Of a stretch of 64,000 bases of DNA, positions 30,993 through 41,784 are shown piece after piece. The stretch lies in NCBI GenBank assembly GCA_902541175.1, contig CACBPP010000003.1:86873-150872 (forward strand), given 5' to 3'. The notes beneath the pieces are model-generated. The model saw only the letters and a program-made list of their open reading frames with translations. It was not told the origin of the DNA and made no database searches. Numbering within the stretch: the stretch's first letter is position 1; every line of letters starts with the position of its first letter. The translations under genes were made by a program, and so were the position numbers. This DNA is from an uncultured SAR86 cluster bacterium (lineage in GTDB: Bacteria; Pseudomonadota; Gammaproteobacteria; Magnimaribacterales; D2472).

Positions 30993-32066
30993 TTGTCAAA
31001 AAAAATTAATCTTTTGGGTTACTCATTTGAGTCGCTTAAAAGCTTTTTTTCTGAGTTAGGTGAACCCGAATATAGAGCAAAACAATTGCTTAGCTGGATT
31101 CATCAAAAAGGCGTCATAGATTTTGACAACATGACTGATTTTAATAAAGACTTAAGAAAGAAATTAAATTCTGTCTCAACAATAAAACCTCCCGAAATTT
31201 ATAAAGAATACATTTCTGATGAAGGCACAAAAAAATATTTAATAAAACTTGATTCAGGTTCAATCATCGAAATGGTCATAATTCCAGAAAAAAATAGAAG
31301 AACGCTATGCGTTTCATCTCAAGCAGGTTGTGCTTTGCAGTGCACTTTTTGTGCAACAGGAGCTCAAGGTTTTGATCAAGATTTAAGTAGTGATGAAATT
31401 ATAGGTCAAATGTGGTTAGCTAACTTTACTAACAATAAACCAATTACGAATGTAGTTTTTATGGGCATGGGGGAACCTCTTCTAAATTATGATGCTGTTA
31501 TAGAATCGGCTAAAATTATGAAACATCAAAATTCATACGGACTTTCTAGAAAAAGAATAACAATCAGTACTTCTGGAATAGTCCCGAAGATTAATAAACT
31601 ATCAAGAGATATTGATGTCTCACTAGCAATATCACTTCATGCACCAGATGACAAATTAAGAGATGAAATAGTTCCAATCAATAAAAAATATCCTATAAAA
31701 CAATTAATCAAAGCTTGTAAGGATTATTTAAGTCACTTCGAATCCAAAAAAAATATTACTATGGAATATATAATGATAGATGGAGTAAATGATTCAATAA
31801 ATCATGCTAGAAAACTTGCAGTACTGTTATCAAATGTTTCTTGCAAAATTAATTTAATACCATTCAACAGTTTTAGTGGATCTGACTATAGACGATCAAA
31901 GGAAAGTACAATGAAATCTTTTAAAAAATATTTAATAGAAAAAGGATTCATTACAACATTGAGAGTCACGAGGGGAGATGGTGTTGATGCTGCTTGTGGT
32001 CAATTAGTTGGAGAGCTCTCAAATACAATAAAGGGTAAGAATTTAATTAAGCATAGATCAATATAA
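30993..32066 (+). CDS. rlmN: 23S rRNA/tRNA m2A methyltransferase
   Basis: CVSSQAGCALQCTFCATG, FMGMGEP, DAACGQL. Confidence 0.97.
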   Translation: MSKKINLLGYSFESLKSFFSELGEPEYRAKQLLSWIHQKGVIDFDNMTDFNKDLRKKLNSVSTIKPPEIYKEYISDEGTKKYLIKLDSGSIIEMVIIPEKNRRTLCVSSQAGCALQCTFCATGAQGFDQDLSSDEIIGQMWLANFTNNKPITNVVFMGMGEPLLNYDAVIESAKIMKHQNSYGLSRKRITISTSGIVPKINKLSRDIDVSLAISLHAPDDKLRDEIVPINKKYPIKQLIKACKDYLSHFESKKNITMEYIMIDGVNDSINHARKLAVLLSNVSCKINLIPFNSFSGSDYRRSKESTMKSFKKYLIEKGFITTLRVTRGDGVDAACGQLVGELSNTIKGKNLIKHRSI

Positions 32067-32797
32067 TGAGTAACGAATTAAAGTCAGCTAGTTCTGTAAA
32101 AACAGGAAAAAAATTTTCTGAAAAAAGAAATTACATTGGTTTTACAATTGAAGAGATTTCTGAAAAGTTATTTATCAATAAAGACTATATCAACGCAATA
32201 GAAAAAGGAAATTATAGTATCTTTCCAAGCGAATCATTTGCGAAAGCTTATTTTAATAAATACAAAAATTTTTTAAAAATTTCACCAGAATTTCCAAGTC
32301 TTTTTAATCAAAAAATAGAGAAAAAACATAAGAAAATTTCTAATGAGATTGCTTTTGAAAATAATTTTGATTTCATTTTTAATAATTTATATGTGATTGT
32401 TGCTATAGCTTTAATAATTATTTTTGGAATTTATTATTTATTTAAAAGTGAGCCGCTATCTGATGTTGTTCCTCAAGAAAATATCAATGTCGATAATGTT
32501 GCAGGAATTGTAGAAAATGTGAATCAAAAAAATCAATCATCAACCAGTACACAAAATATAGATAAAAATCTTATTTTAGAATTTTCAGGAGAATCTTGGA
32601 TTGAGTTATATGTTGAAAATGAGCTCGTTGAGGCACAGATATTTTCTAATGGAGATATTTATGAGCGTCAAATTGAAATACCTTTTAAAATAATTGTTGG
32701 TAATGCTGATTTTGTTAAAGGGTCATATAATAATACTGAAATAGATTTTTTGACTAATGCTAACAGACTAACTGGGGTAAATACCATTAATTTTTAA
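32066..32797 (+). CDS. rodZ: Cytoskeleton protein RodZ
   Basis: N-terminal HTH, central TM helix, C-terminal beta domain (ESWIE...IVGNA); lies between rlmN and ispG. Confidence 0.8.
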   Translation: MSNELKSASSVKTGKKFSEKRNYIGFTIEEISEKLFINKDYINAIEKGNYSIFPSESFAKAYFNKYKNFLKISPEFPSLFNQKIEKKHKKISNEIAFENNFDFIFNNLYVIVAIALIIIFGIYYLFKSEPLSDVVPQENINVDNVAGIVENVNQKNQSSTSTQNIDKNLILEFSGESWIELYVENELVEAQIFSNGDIYERQIEIPFKIIVGNADFVKGSYNNTEIDFLTNANRLTGVNTINF

Positions 32798-33901
32798 ATG
32801 AGTAACTGGATCAAAAGAAAAAAAACTAAAGTCGTAAAGGTTGGCAATGTTCCTGTTGGAGGCAATAATCCAATATCAATTCAATCTATGACAAACACAG
32901 ACACCTGTGATGAGGTTTCAACTATAAACCAAATTAAGGATCTTGAAGCAGCAGGCGCAGATATTGTTAGAGTCTCTGTTCCAGGATTTGAAGAGGCAAA
33001 AGCATTTAAAAAGATCAAAAATGCAGTAAATATTCCATTGGTAGCTGATATTCATTTTGATTATAAAATAGCTCTAGAAGTTGCAGATTCTGCAGATTGT
33101 CTTCGAATAAATCCTGGTAATATTGGAAAAGAAGACAGAGTAAAAGAAGTTATAAGTGCTGCAATTGATAATGATATTCCAATCAGGGTAGGAGTTAATG
33201 CTGGTTCACTAGAAAAAGACCTACAAAAAAAATATGGTGAACCAAATGCAGATGCTTTAGTAGAGTCTGCGCTTAGACATGTTGATATTTTAGATAAATT
33301 TAACTTCGAAAATTACAAAATGAGTCTTAAGGCGTCAAATATTGAAATGACAGTAGAAGCATACAGAAAAATCTCAAATATAATTGATCAGCCTCTTCAT
33401 CTTGGAATTACTGAGGCTGGAAGTTACAGAGCTGGAACGGTAAAGTCATCTATTGGTGTTGGGATGCTTTTGTCAGAGGGAATTGGAGACACTATACGAA
33501 TTTCTCTAGCATCTGATCCTGTAGATGAAATTAAAATCGGATGGGATATATTGAAGAGCCTCAACATAAGAAGTAGAGGGGTTAAAATTGTTGCATGTCC
33601 GAGTTGCTCAAGACAAAACTTTAATGTTATTGAAGTTGTTAACGAACTTGAACAAAGGTTAGAGGATATTTCAGATGATATAGAGGTTGCTATTATTGGT
33701 TGTTACGTGAATGGTCCAGGTGAAAGTAAGGCCGCAACCATTGGACTAACTGGAGCAAGCCCAAATAATCTTTTGTATATTGACGGCACTCCCAACAAAA
33801 AAATTTCAAATGAGGATCTTGTTGATGAGCTTGAAGAGCAGGTGAGATCCAAAATCTCAAAACAAAAAATTGAATCTGAAAAGATCATTCTGAGAAGTTA
33901 G
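32798..33901 (+). CDS. ispG: HMBPP synthase
   Basis: [37 protein letters not shown]. Confidence 0.97.
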   Translation: MSNWIKRKKTKVVKVGNVPVGGNNPISIQSMTNTDTCDEVSTINQIKDLEAAGADIVRVSVPGFEEAKAFKKIKNAVNIPLVADIHFDYKIALEVADSADCLRINPGNIGKEDRVKEVISAAIDNDIPIRVGVNAGSLEKDLQKKYGEPNADALVESALRHVDILDKFNFENYKMSLKASNIEMTVEAYRKISNIIDQPLHLGITEAGSYRAGTVKSSIGVGMLLSEGIGDTIRISLASDPVDEIKIGWDILKSLNIRSRGVKIVACPSCSRQNFNVIEVVNELEQRLEDISDDIEVAIIGCYVNGPGESKAATIGLTGASPNNLLYIDGTPNKKISNEDLVDELEEQVRSKISKQKIESEKIILRS

Positions 33902-33902
33902 T

Positions 33903-35171
33903 ATGGAAAAGATTAATTCATTAACAGGAATGACTGATTTGATTGAGACTAAGGCAGATGAGAATGTGTTAGCCAATAAAGTATTCCAAACCGAAAAAAT
34001 ATTGAAAGAAATTTTTACTAATTATGCGATGTCTGAAATCAGAACACCTGCTCTGGAAAATACAAATCTTTTTAAGAGATCAGTAGGCGATACTTCAGAT
34101 ATAGTTAATAAAGAACTCTATACTTTCTCAGATAAAAATGACAAAAGCATAACACTTAGACCTGAAGGAACTGCAAGTGTTATGAGATCTATTATTGAAA
34201 AAAAATTAGATGGAGAAACTCATAAGTTATGGTACTTAGGGCCAATGTGGAGGTATGAAAGACCTCAAAAAGGAAGATATAGACAGTTCAATCAGGCAGG
34301 AATAGAAATTTTGGGTTATCCAGAAGGTGCTCCAGAATTTGAAATGATTTCTTTGATATGTGAACTTAATAGAAAATTACAAATAAGAAAACCGATCATA
34401 AAAATTAATCATCTTGGAGACTCTAATACGAAAAAATTATTTTGTAAGGCGCTTGTAGATTATTTAACACCAATGAAATCTAATTTAGATGAAAAAGATC
34501 TATTAAGATTAGATAGTAATCCTCTAAGAATTTTAGACTCAAAAAATCCAAATACTATAGAGATTTTGAAGAAGGCGCCCTCAATTTCAGATTATCTGCA
34601 AGATAGTTCAAAAGATTTATTAAAATCTATACAGGAATTATTTTCTGACAAATGTGAAATTCAAATAGATTTCAACTTAGTAAGAGGCTTGGATTATTAT
34701 ACTGGCTTTGTTTTTGAGGCAATATCAGAAGATTTAGGTGCTCAAGATGCATACTTAGGCGGCGGAAGGTATGATAATTTGAGTGCACAACTTGGTGGCA
34801 AAGATCTACCAGCTATAGGAATGGCTATAGGTATTGAAAGACTTGCTCTCATTTCATATCAAGAAAATAAAAATAGAACTTTAATTTCTTTCATAATTAT
34901 TTCTAGTAATTCTGAAGCAAAAGCATATAAAATATCGCACGAACTTAGATCAATTAACAAAAATATTGATATTGATGTTCAATTATCTCAAGGAAGCTTA
35001 AAATCTAAATTGAGAAGGGCTAATAAGAATGGGGCTGCATACGCGTTCATAGTAGGAGACGATGAGATAGAATCAGAGACAGTGATTATAAAACCACTAA
35101 ATAAAGAAGATTCAGACCAATCTACTATGAATTTAAACGAAATAGAAAACTTTATTAAAAATTTAAGTTAG
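33903..35171 (+). CDS. hisS: Histidine--tRNA ligase
   Basis: LRPEGTA, RYERPQKGRYRQF, LVRGLDYY, GGGRYD. Confidence 0.97.
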   Translation: MEKINSLTGMTDLIETKADENVLANKVFQTEKILKEIFTNYAMSEIRTPALENTNLFKRSVGDTSDIVNKELYTFSDKNDKSITLRPEGTASVMRSIIEKKLDGETHKLWYLGPMWRYERPQKGRYRQFNQAGIEILGYPEGAPEFEMISLICELNRKLQIRKPIIKINHLGDSNTKKLFCKALVDYLTPMKSNLDEKDLLRLDSNPLRILDSKNPNTIEILKKAPSISDYLQDSSKDLLKSIQELFSDKCEIQIDFNLVRGLDYYTGFVFEAISEDLGAQDAYLGGGRYDNLSAQLGGKDLPAIGMAIGIERLALISYQENKNRTLISFIIISSNSEAKAYKISHELRSINKNIDIDVQLSQGSLKSKLRRANKNGAAYAFIVGDDEIESETVIIKPLNKEDSDQSTMNLNEIENFIKNLS

Positions 35172-35179
35172 AGCTAAAA

Positions 35180-35824
35180 ATGAATAACGTATACGAAAAT
35201 GAAATGAGATTCGCTCCATTTTTAAAATTTATTGATAAATATAAAAATTTACTTATTTTGTTGGCTGTTATACTTCTTGGTGCTGTTACTTATTTTGTTG
35301 TAAATAATCAGATAGAAAAAAAGAAATCTGAGCAGGCTGCTTTAGTCTACAAAGAATGGCTTGGAGAAATATCTCAAGAAAATCCAAATAACGAAAATCT
35401 AAATAATTTACTAGATAAATTTTTAAATGATTATAAAAATACTGGCTATACGCAGTTAGCATTACTGAGTAAAGCAAATTTTGATGCAAATTCTAATAAC
35501 TATATGGATTCGCTAGACAATTTTAATAAACTCATTGAAATAACTAATGGATTTAATGGAAATAAAATTTATAACAAAATTGCAAGGGTAAGTGCCTCAA
35601 GATTACTTCTCTCGATGGAGAAACATGATGAAGCTCTTGAAATGATTGATTTATATTCATCATCAGACACAAATGGCTATATTCATGAGCTAACTGGAGA
35701 TATTTTGCTTGAGCAAGGTAAAATCGACTTAGCAATATCTCAATATGAAAAAGCTGCAAATAAATATTCTGATGAATCTTCACAAACTATTGTTGCAATG
35801 AAGATTTCCAACATTGATATGTAA
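35180..35824 (+). CDS. yfgM: YfgM-family TPR membrane protein
   Basis: Single TM helix plus TPR-like helices (ELTGDILL); lies between hisS and bamB. Confidence 0.85.
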   Translation: MNNVYENEMRFAPFLKFIDKYKNLLILLAVILLGAVTYFVVNNQIEKKKSEQAALVYKEWLGEISQENPNNENLNNLLDKFLNDYKNTGYTQLALLSKANFDANSNNYMDSLDNFNKLIEITNGFNGNKIYNKIARVSASRLLLSMEKHDEALEMIDLYSSSDTNGYIHELTGDILLEQGKIDLAISQYEKAANKYSDESSQTIVAMKISNIDM

Positions 35825-35825
35825 A

Positions 35826-36986
35826 ATGAAGTCTTTTAAATACAAAAACTTAATAGTACTTTGCTCTATTTTCATTATCAGCTCATGTTCATCAATGGAT
35901 GGATTAAGATTCTGGAAAAGTGATGAAATAGATCCAGATGAACCAAAGGAACTTGTTGCTTTTTCAAATCAGAAAAATATTGTTATTGAATGGAAAAACT
36001 CCTTTAAAGGAGAAAACGAAATCGGTAATTTTTTACCGGACTTTAGTGCACAAAATCTTTTTTTTAGTGATGCTTCTGGAAATGTATCATCAATTAATGC
36101 ATCCACCGGAGATAGGAATTGGTCTATTGAACTTAATTTTTTAGCTTCTGGGACATCTGCTGGGTTTGGTTTAGTAGTTGTCTCAGATATAGATGGAAAT
36201 GTAATTGCTGTTGATCAAAATGATGGATCAAAATTATGGTCCACTAATGTAAAAGGTGAAGTACTTAGCAAAGTTGCAATTGATGCAAAGGTAGTAGTTG
36301 TTAAGACTGGCTCTGGAGAACTCTTAGGGCTTGATAGAGAAAATGGTGAAATTTTATGGTCCTATAGATCTAAATTACCTCTTTTAACAATAAGAGGAAG
36401 TAGCAGCCCAGTAATTGTTGATGATCTTGTCTATGTTTCATTTGATAATGGAAGGTTGGGTGTATTTGAATTAAATTCTGGATTTCAAGTATGGGATGGC
36501 GCAATTTCATATGTGAAAGGAGTTTCAGAATTAGAAAACCTTATAGATTCTGATAGCAGTCCTGTAGTAGATGGAGGATTGATCTATACCACAAACTATC
36601 AAGGTAATTTAAATATTTTTGATACAGCTCAAAAAAGGTCAGTTTGGAGTTATGAGACCTCATCATTTTATTCCCCAATTGTTTCCAGAGGAATGTTAAC
36701 AATCGTAGAAGCGAATTCTGGTTTAAGAAGTTTTGCCCTTAAGACATTGCAAGAATCATGGACCAATGATGATTATATAAACAGAGATTTATCAAATGCT
36801 GTTAGCTATAAGGGTAGTCTTGTTGTTGGAGATTTTGAGGGATATGTTCATGTAATTGACACATTAAATGGAAAAACTATTGGCAGAAAAAAAATCTCAA
36901 GAAAACCAATTAAATCAATATTAAGCAGAAGTGACAGCTTATATATAATAGATGAAGCCTTCAACCTTCATTCAATAAATATATAA
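35826..36986 (+). CDS. bamB: Outer-membrane assembly lipoprotein BamB; likely start ATG 35826
   Basis: Lipobox ISSC; PQQ-like propeller repeats; LTIRGSSSP, VVGDFEGYVH. Confidence 0.92.
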   Translation: MKSFKYKNLIVLCSIFIISSCSSMDGLRFWKSDEIDPDEPKELVAFSNQKNIVIEWKNSFKGENEIGNFLPDFSAQNLFFSDASGNVSSINASTGDRNWSIELNFLASGTSAGFGLVVVSDIDGNVIAVDQNDGSKLWSTNVKGEVLSKVAIDAKVVVVKTGSGELLGLDRENGEILWSYRSKLPLLTIRGSSSPVIVDDLVYVSFDNGRLGVFELNSGFQVWDGAISYVKGVSELENLIDSDSSPVVDGGLIYTTNYQGNLNIFDTAQKRSVWSYETSSFYSPIVSRGMLTIVEANSGLRSFALKTLQESWTNDDYINRDLSNAVSYKGSLVVGDFEGYVHVIDTLNGKTIGRKKISRKPIKSILSRSDSLYIIDEAFNLHSINI

Positions 36987-37000
36987 AATGAATTTTAAAA

Positions 37001-38386
37001 ATGTTTACTTCAATAGCAATAATTGGTCGACCTAACGTAGGAAAATCAACCCTTTTTAACAAACTTACAAATTCTCGAGATGCAATAGTTTCAGATTTTC
37101 CTGGCCTTACCAAAGATAGAAATTATGGTTTTTTGAGACTTAAAGATAAAAGAGCTTTATTGGTTGATACTGGAGGAATTGCAAAAGATAGTGATGAAAT
37201 TAAAGAAGCTATCTCTAATCAAGCTTGGATAGCTGTTGAAGAATCAGAAGTTGTTTTATTTTTGTTAGATGGTTCAGAGAGTTTGAGCAATCTTGATTTT
37301 GAAATTATTTCCAAGTTAAGAAAATTAAATAAACAATACATCACGATCCTGAATAAAATTGATAAAAAATCTGATGGTCTTATAAAAGAAGATCTTAAAA
37401 AGAAGGGGGTTGAGAACTATCTAGAAATTAGTGCTGAACACTCAAAAAATTTAAATAAAATTAAGCAAGAGCTCGAAAAAAGATCAACAAAAGCTGACAT
37501 TGAATTTCCTGAGGGTAAAAAAGTAGCTATTCTTGGGAGACCAAATGCTGGCAAATCAACTTTTATTAATAAATTAATAAATGAGGACAGATTGATAGTA
37601 AGCGAGATTGCAGGTACTACCATTGATGCAATAAGTGTTCCATTTATATTTAATAATGAAGAATTTGTTTTAATTGATACTGCTGGTATTCGAAAAGGTT
37701 ACAAACGTAATCATAAAGTTGAATATTTTTCATTTGTAAGAGCAATGCATGCTATTGATAAAAGCGACATTGTAATTTTCATTTGTGACATTGATGACGG
37801 GGTCGTTGATCAAGACATGAAGATACTCAACATGATCATTGATAATGGAAAACCAGTACTTTTTGCATTAAATAAAGTTGATTTAGTAAGTAAAAAAGAA
37901 TTGAAAACAAAATATCTTACAAAAAAAATGCAATCTGAATTTTTAAGAAATATCGAACAAGTTGAAATATCTGCATTAAATAAGAAAGGTTTTAATAGAG
38001 TTTTTGAATTAGCTAAAAATATTATAAAAAAATCTCAAAGAAATTTTACGACATCAATGCTTAATAAATTATTAGAAAAATTTATAACAACAAATCCTCC
38101 TCCTTCAATATCTGGCAGACAAATAAAGTTTAAGCACGTTCATTTTGGAGGGATTCATCCAACAACTTTTATTATTCATTCCAATCAAGATAAAAAAATT
38201 CCAAAAAATTATCGTAAATATCTAGAAAACTCCTTCAGGACTGAACTAGATTTAAAAAGTATTCAGCTTAAAATTATTTTCAGAAAATCTGATAATCCCT
38301 ATGAGGGTAAAAAAAATAAACTTTCAGAAAGACAGATAAAAAAAAGAAAACGATTGATAAAGCATATCAAAAAATCAAAAAAGTAA
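37001..38386 (+). CDS. der: Ribosome biogenesis GTPase Der
   Basis: Two G domains, GRPNVGKS and GRPNAGKS; DTGG and DTAG. Confidence 0.97.
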   Translation: MFTSIAIIGRPNVGKSTLFNKLTNSRDAIVSDFPGLTKDRNYGFLRLKDKRALLVDTGGIAKDSDEIKEAISNQAWIAVEESEVVLFLLDGSESLSNLDFEIISKLRKLNKQYITILNKIDKKSDGLIKEDLKKKGVENYLEISAEHSKNLNKIKQELEKRSTKADIEFPEGKKVAILGRPNAGKSTFINKLINEDRLIVSEIAGTTIDAISVPFIFNNEEFVLIDTAGIRKGYKRNHKVEYFSFVRAMHAIDKSDIVIFICDIDDGVVDQDMKILNMIIDNGKPVLFALNKVDLVSKKELKTKYLTKKMQSEFLRNIEQVEISALNKKGFNRVFELAKNIIKKSQRNFTTSMLNKLLEKFITTNPPPSISGRQIKFKHVHFGGIHPTTFIIHSNQDKKIPKNYRKYLENSFRTELDLKSIQLKIIFRKSDNPYEGKKNKLSERQIKKRKRLIKHIKKSKK

Positions 38387-38469
38387 TCTCTAATTATCAA
38401 TTTGAACCAAAAATCTGCGTTATAATTGAACCTAATAATAAATTATTTATATTTATAATTTAGCACACA

Positions 38470-38853
38470 ATGCAAGAACGACCAGTATATCTAGATTTAA
38501 CAAAAATCAGACTACCCATGTCTGCCTTTTCATCTATAACTCACAGATTGTCAGGCATGTATGTTTTTTTTATAACACTTCCTATGATGTTATATATGAT
38601 TGATCAATCAATATCTTCAAAGGCTTCTTTTGAAAGACTTTTAATTGAAATTACATCAATTTCTGCGTTTTCTATATTTATATTTTTAAGTATTGCTATA
38701 TTTTGGTATCACATACTTACCGGTATTAGGCATTTAATTATGGATTTTTTTCATATAGGTGAGTCTCTAAATGGATCATATTATTCATCTATTTTTACAA
38801 TAGTTTTATGGATAGCAACTTCACTAGTTTTTTTTGGATATTTGTTTATATGA
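38470..38853 (+). CDS. sdhC: Succinate dehydrogenase cytochrome b subunit
   Basis: RPVYLDL, SITHRLSG, HILTGIRHLIMD. Confidence 0.94.
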   Translation: MQERPVYLDLTKIRLPMSAFSSITHRLSGMYVFFITLPMMLYMIDQSISSKASFERLLIEITSISAFSIFIFLSIAIFWYHILTGIRHLIMDFFHIGESLNGSYYSSIFTIVLWIATSLVFFGYLFI

Positions 38854-39209
38854 AAGGTTCATTTATTTGGTATACGCAAAGATATACCTCACTTATAATA
38901 CTTAGCTATCTAATTTATATATTCAGTTTTATATTCAATAATCAAGATATCAATTTTTTCTCCTGGTCTGATTTTTTTCTCTCATTTCAAGTCAGATTTC
39001 TCTCTTCCATTGTATTTCTAGTTATTGTTTTACATGCTTTCATTGGACTTTGGACAGTTGGAACAGACTATTTAACAAAAAGAACTCTTGGCTTTTTAAA
39101 TGTAAGCCTTTCAAGAAGGGCTGATACCTTGAGATATATTTATTATTTAATTTTTGGATTGTTAGGCATTATGTATTTAACTGCCATTTTTTATATAATA
39201 TGGTTATAA
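38850..39209 (+). CDS. sdhD: Succinate dehydrogenase membrane anchor; likely start ATG 38850
   Basis: WYTQRYTS, HAFIGLWTVGTDY. Confidence 0.9.
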   Translation: MKGSFIWYTQRYTSLIILSYLIYIFSFIFNNQDINFFSWSDFFLSFQVRFLSSIVFLVIVLHAFIGLWTVGTDYLTKRTLGFLNVSLSRRADTLRYIYYLIFGLLGIMYLTAIFYIIWL

Positions 39210-39237
39210 TACATAATGATATTTAATTATAAATAAT

Positions 39238-41022
39238 ATGAATAATATCTTTACTAATAATATAAAAAAAATTGAATTTGATGCTCTAATTGTTGGCGGA
39301 GGAGGCTCTGGAATGAGAGCATCTCTTGAGCTAGCTAAATCAGGCTTAAAAACCGCCGTTGTATCTAAAGTCTTTCCGACAAGATCTCATACTGTATCAG
39401 CACAAGGTGGAATAACATGTGCAATTGCGAGCGCTGATCCAAATGATGATTGGAGATGGCACATGTACGATACAGTTAAAGGTGCTGATTTTATTGGAGA
39501 TCAAGATGCTATTGAATATTTATGTTCTGAAGGACCTAAAGCCGTATTTGAACTAGAGCATATGGGGCTTCCTTTCTCAAGATTTGAAAATGGCAGAATA
39601 TATCAAAGACCGTTTGGAGGCCAATCAAAAGATTTTGGTAAAGGTGGTCAAGCTGCAAGAACTTGTGCTGCAGCAGACAGAACTGGACATGCTTTGTTAC
39701 ATACTTTGTATCAAAATAATGTTAAAGAAGGTGCTAATTTTCTCAATGAATGGTTTGCTGTAGATTTAGTAAAAAATTCAAAAGATGAAGTTACTGGAGT
39801 AATTGCTTTTTCAATTGAAAATGGCGAGGTTGCATATTTAAAGGCACAAGCTACTGTTCTTGCAACAGGTGGAGCCGGAAGAATATATGCATCTACTACC
39901 AATGCTTTGATTAATACCGGTGATGGTTTAGCAATGGCTTTAAGAGCAGGATTTCCAGCACAAGATATGGAAATGTGGCAGTTTCATCCTACGGGCATAT
40001 ATGGAGCAGGTTCTCTTGTTACAGAAGGATGCAGAGGCGAAGGCGGCTTTTTGATTAATAAAGATGGCGAAAGATTCATGGAAAGATACGCTCCAAATGT
40101 AAAAGACTTAGCTGGCCGAGATGTCGTAGCTCGTTCAATGGTATTAGAAATCCTAGAAGGTCGAGGTTGTGGTGATAAAAATGATCATATTTATCTTAAG
40201 CTTGATCATTTAGGTGCTGAAGTTTTAAATTCTAAACTTCCAGGCATATGTGAATTGTCTAGGACTTTTGCACATGTTGACCCTATTTATGAACCAATTC
40301 CAGTTGTGCCTACTTGCCATTATATGATGGGTGGCACACCCACAAACATTTCTGGACAAGCATTCACAAGAATTAATGATAAGGATCATTTAATACCTGG
40401 ATTATTTTCTGCTGGCGAGGCTGCTTGTGTGTCTGTTCACGGAGCTAATAGATTGGGTGGAAACTCGCTTCTTGATTTGGTTGTTTTTGGAAGGGCAACA
40501 GGAAAACATATTCAGAGTGAACTAAAATCAGGTGGTGGTGTAGATTCTGCAACTAAAAGTGATATTGAAAAGTCACTTGAAAGATTAAATAAATTAAATG
40601 ACTCGTCAAACGGACATGATCCAGCAGATGTTAAAAAAGAACTCCAAGAATGTATGCAAAATTACTTTGGAGTATTCAGAAGAGGCGAATTTATGAAGAA
40701 AGGTTTAGATCAATTAAGTGAGCTAAAAGAAAAAGTTGATAATCTTCATTTAAAAGATAAAAGTGATGCATTTAATACAAGCAGAGTTGAGGCAATTGAA
40801 TTACAAAATCTATTTGAGGTTGCAGAATCAACGGCAATTTCTGCATACCAGAGAACTGAAAGTAGAGGCGCACATGCTAGAGATGATTATCCTGACAGAG
40901 ATGATGAAAATTGGTTATGTCATACTATATATGATCCTATTTCAAAAAAAGTTTCTAAAAGGGGAGTTAATTTTGAACCCAATAAGGTAGAGGCTTTTCC
41001 GCCTAAAGTAAGGACATATTAA
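39238..41022 (+). CDS. sdhA: Succinate dehydrogenase flavoprotein
   Basis: [36 protein letters not shown]. Confidence 0.98.
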   Translation: MNNIFTNNIKKIEFDALIVGGGGSGMRASLELAKSGLKTAVVSKVFPTRSHTVSAQGGITCAIASADPNDDWRWHMYDTVKGADFIGDQDAIEYLCSEGPKAVFELEHMGLPFSRFENGRIYQRPFGGQSKDFGKGGQAARTCAAADRTGHALLHTLYQNNVKEGANFLNEWFAVDLVKNSKDEVTGVIAFSIENGEVAYLKAQATVLATGGAGRIYASTTNALINTGDGLAMALRAGFPAQDMEMWQFHPTGIYGAGSLVTEGCRGEGGFLINKDGERFMERYAPNVKDLAGRDVVARSMVLEILEGRGCGDKNDHIYLKLDHLGAEVLNSKLPGICELSRTFAHVDPIYEPIPVVPTCHYMMGGTPTNISGQAFTRINDKDHLIPGLFSAGEAACVSVHGANRLGGNSLLDLVVFGRATGKHIQSELKSGGGVDSATKSDIEKSLERLNKLNDSSNGHDPADVKKELQECMQNYFGVFRRGEFMKKGLDQLSELKEKVDNLHLKDKSDAFNTSRVEAIELQNLFEVAESTAISAYQRTESRGAHARDDYPDRDDENWLCHTIYDPISKKVSKRGVNFEPNKVEAFPPKVRTY

Positions 41023-41762
41023 TGTTTGGTAATAAGTTAAAGGTAAGTTTGTATAGATATAATCCAGAAGAGGATAAATTTCCTTACATGAAAAATTACA
41101 TAATTGATAAGCCAGAAAGAGACATAATGGTTTTAGATTTATTACATTTATTAAAGGAAGAAGATCAATCAATATCATATAGACGATCATGCAGAGAGGG
41201 GGTTTGTGGCTCTGATGGTATGAACATAAATGGTAAAAATGGTCTGGCTTGCATAACACCAATTTCTTCCGTTATTAAGAGGAATAAAATTGAATTAAGA
41301 CCACTACCAGGATTGCCTGTGATTAGAGATTTAGTTGTTGATATGACAGAGTTTTATGCTCAATATGAGAAGATAAAACCTTTTCTACAGAACGAAACAA
41401 CAGCACCGGAACAAGAGAGACTTCAATCTCCTGAGGAAAGAGATAAATTAGATGGTCTCTATGAATGCATATTGTGTGCATGTTGTTCTACAAGTTGTCC
41501 ATCATTCTGGTGGAATCCTGATAAATTTGTCGGACCAGCTGCGCTTCTTCAAGCATATAGATTCCTCGCAGATTCTCGAGATTTGAAAACTCAAGAAAGG
41601 TTAGAGGCTTTATCTGATCCATTTAGTGTATACAGATGTCATGGAATAATGAATTGTGTAAATGTATGCCCAAAAGGCCTTAATCCAAATAAGGCAATTG
41701 GTGAGATAAAATCAATGTTACATAAAAATAAAAAGGATATAATTGTCTCTGACGGGGTATAA
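41022..41762 (+). CDS. sdhB: Succinate dehydrogenase Fe-S subunit
   Basis: [35 protein letters not shown]. Confidence 0.98.
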   Translation: MFGNKLKVSLYRYNPEEDKFPYMKNYIIDKPERDIMVLDLLHLLKEEDQSISYRRSCREGVCGSDGMNINGKNGLACITPISSVIKRNKIELRPLPGLPVIRDLVVDMTEFYAQYEKIKPFLQNETTAPEQERLQSPEERDKLDGLYECILCACCSTSCPSFWWNPDKFVGPAALLQAYRFLADSRDLKTQERLEALSDPFSVYRCHGIMNCVNVCPKGLNPNKAIGEIKSMLHKNKKDIIVSDGV

Positions 41763-41784
41763 AAAAAAGACAGTAAAATACAAA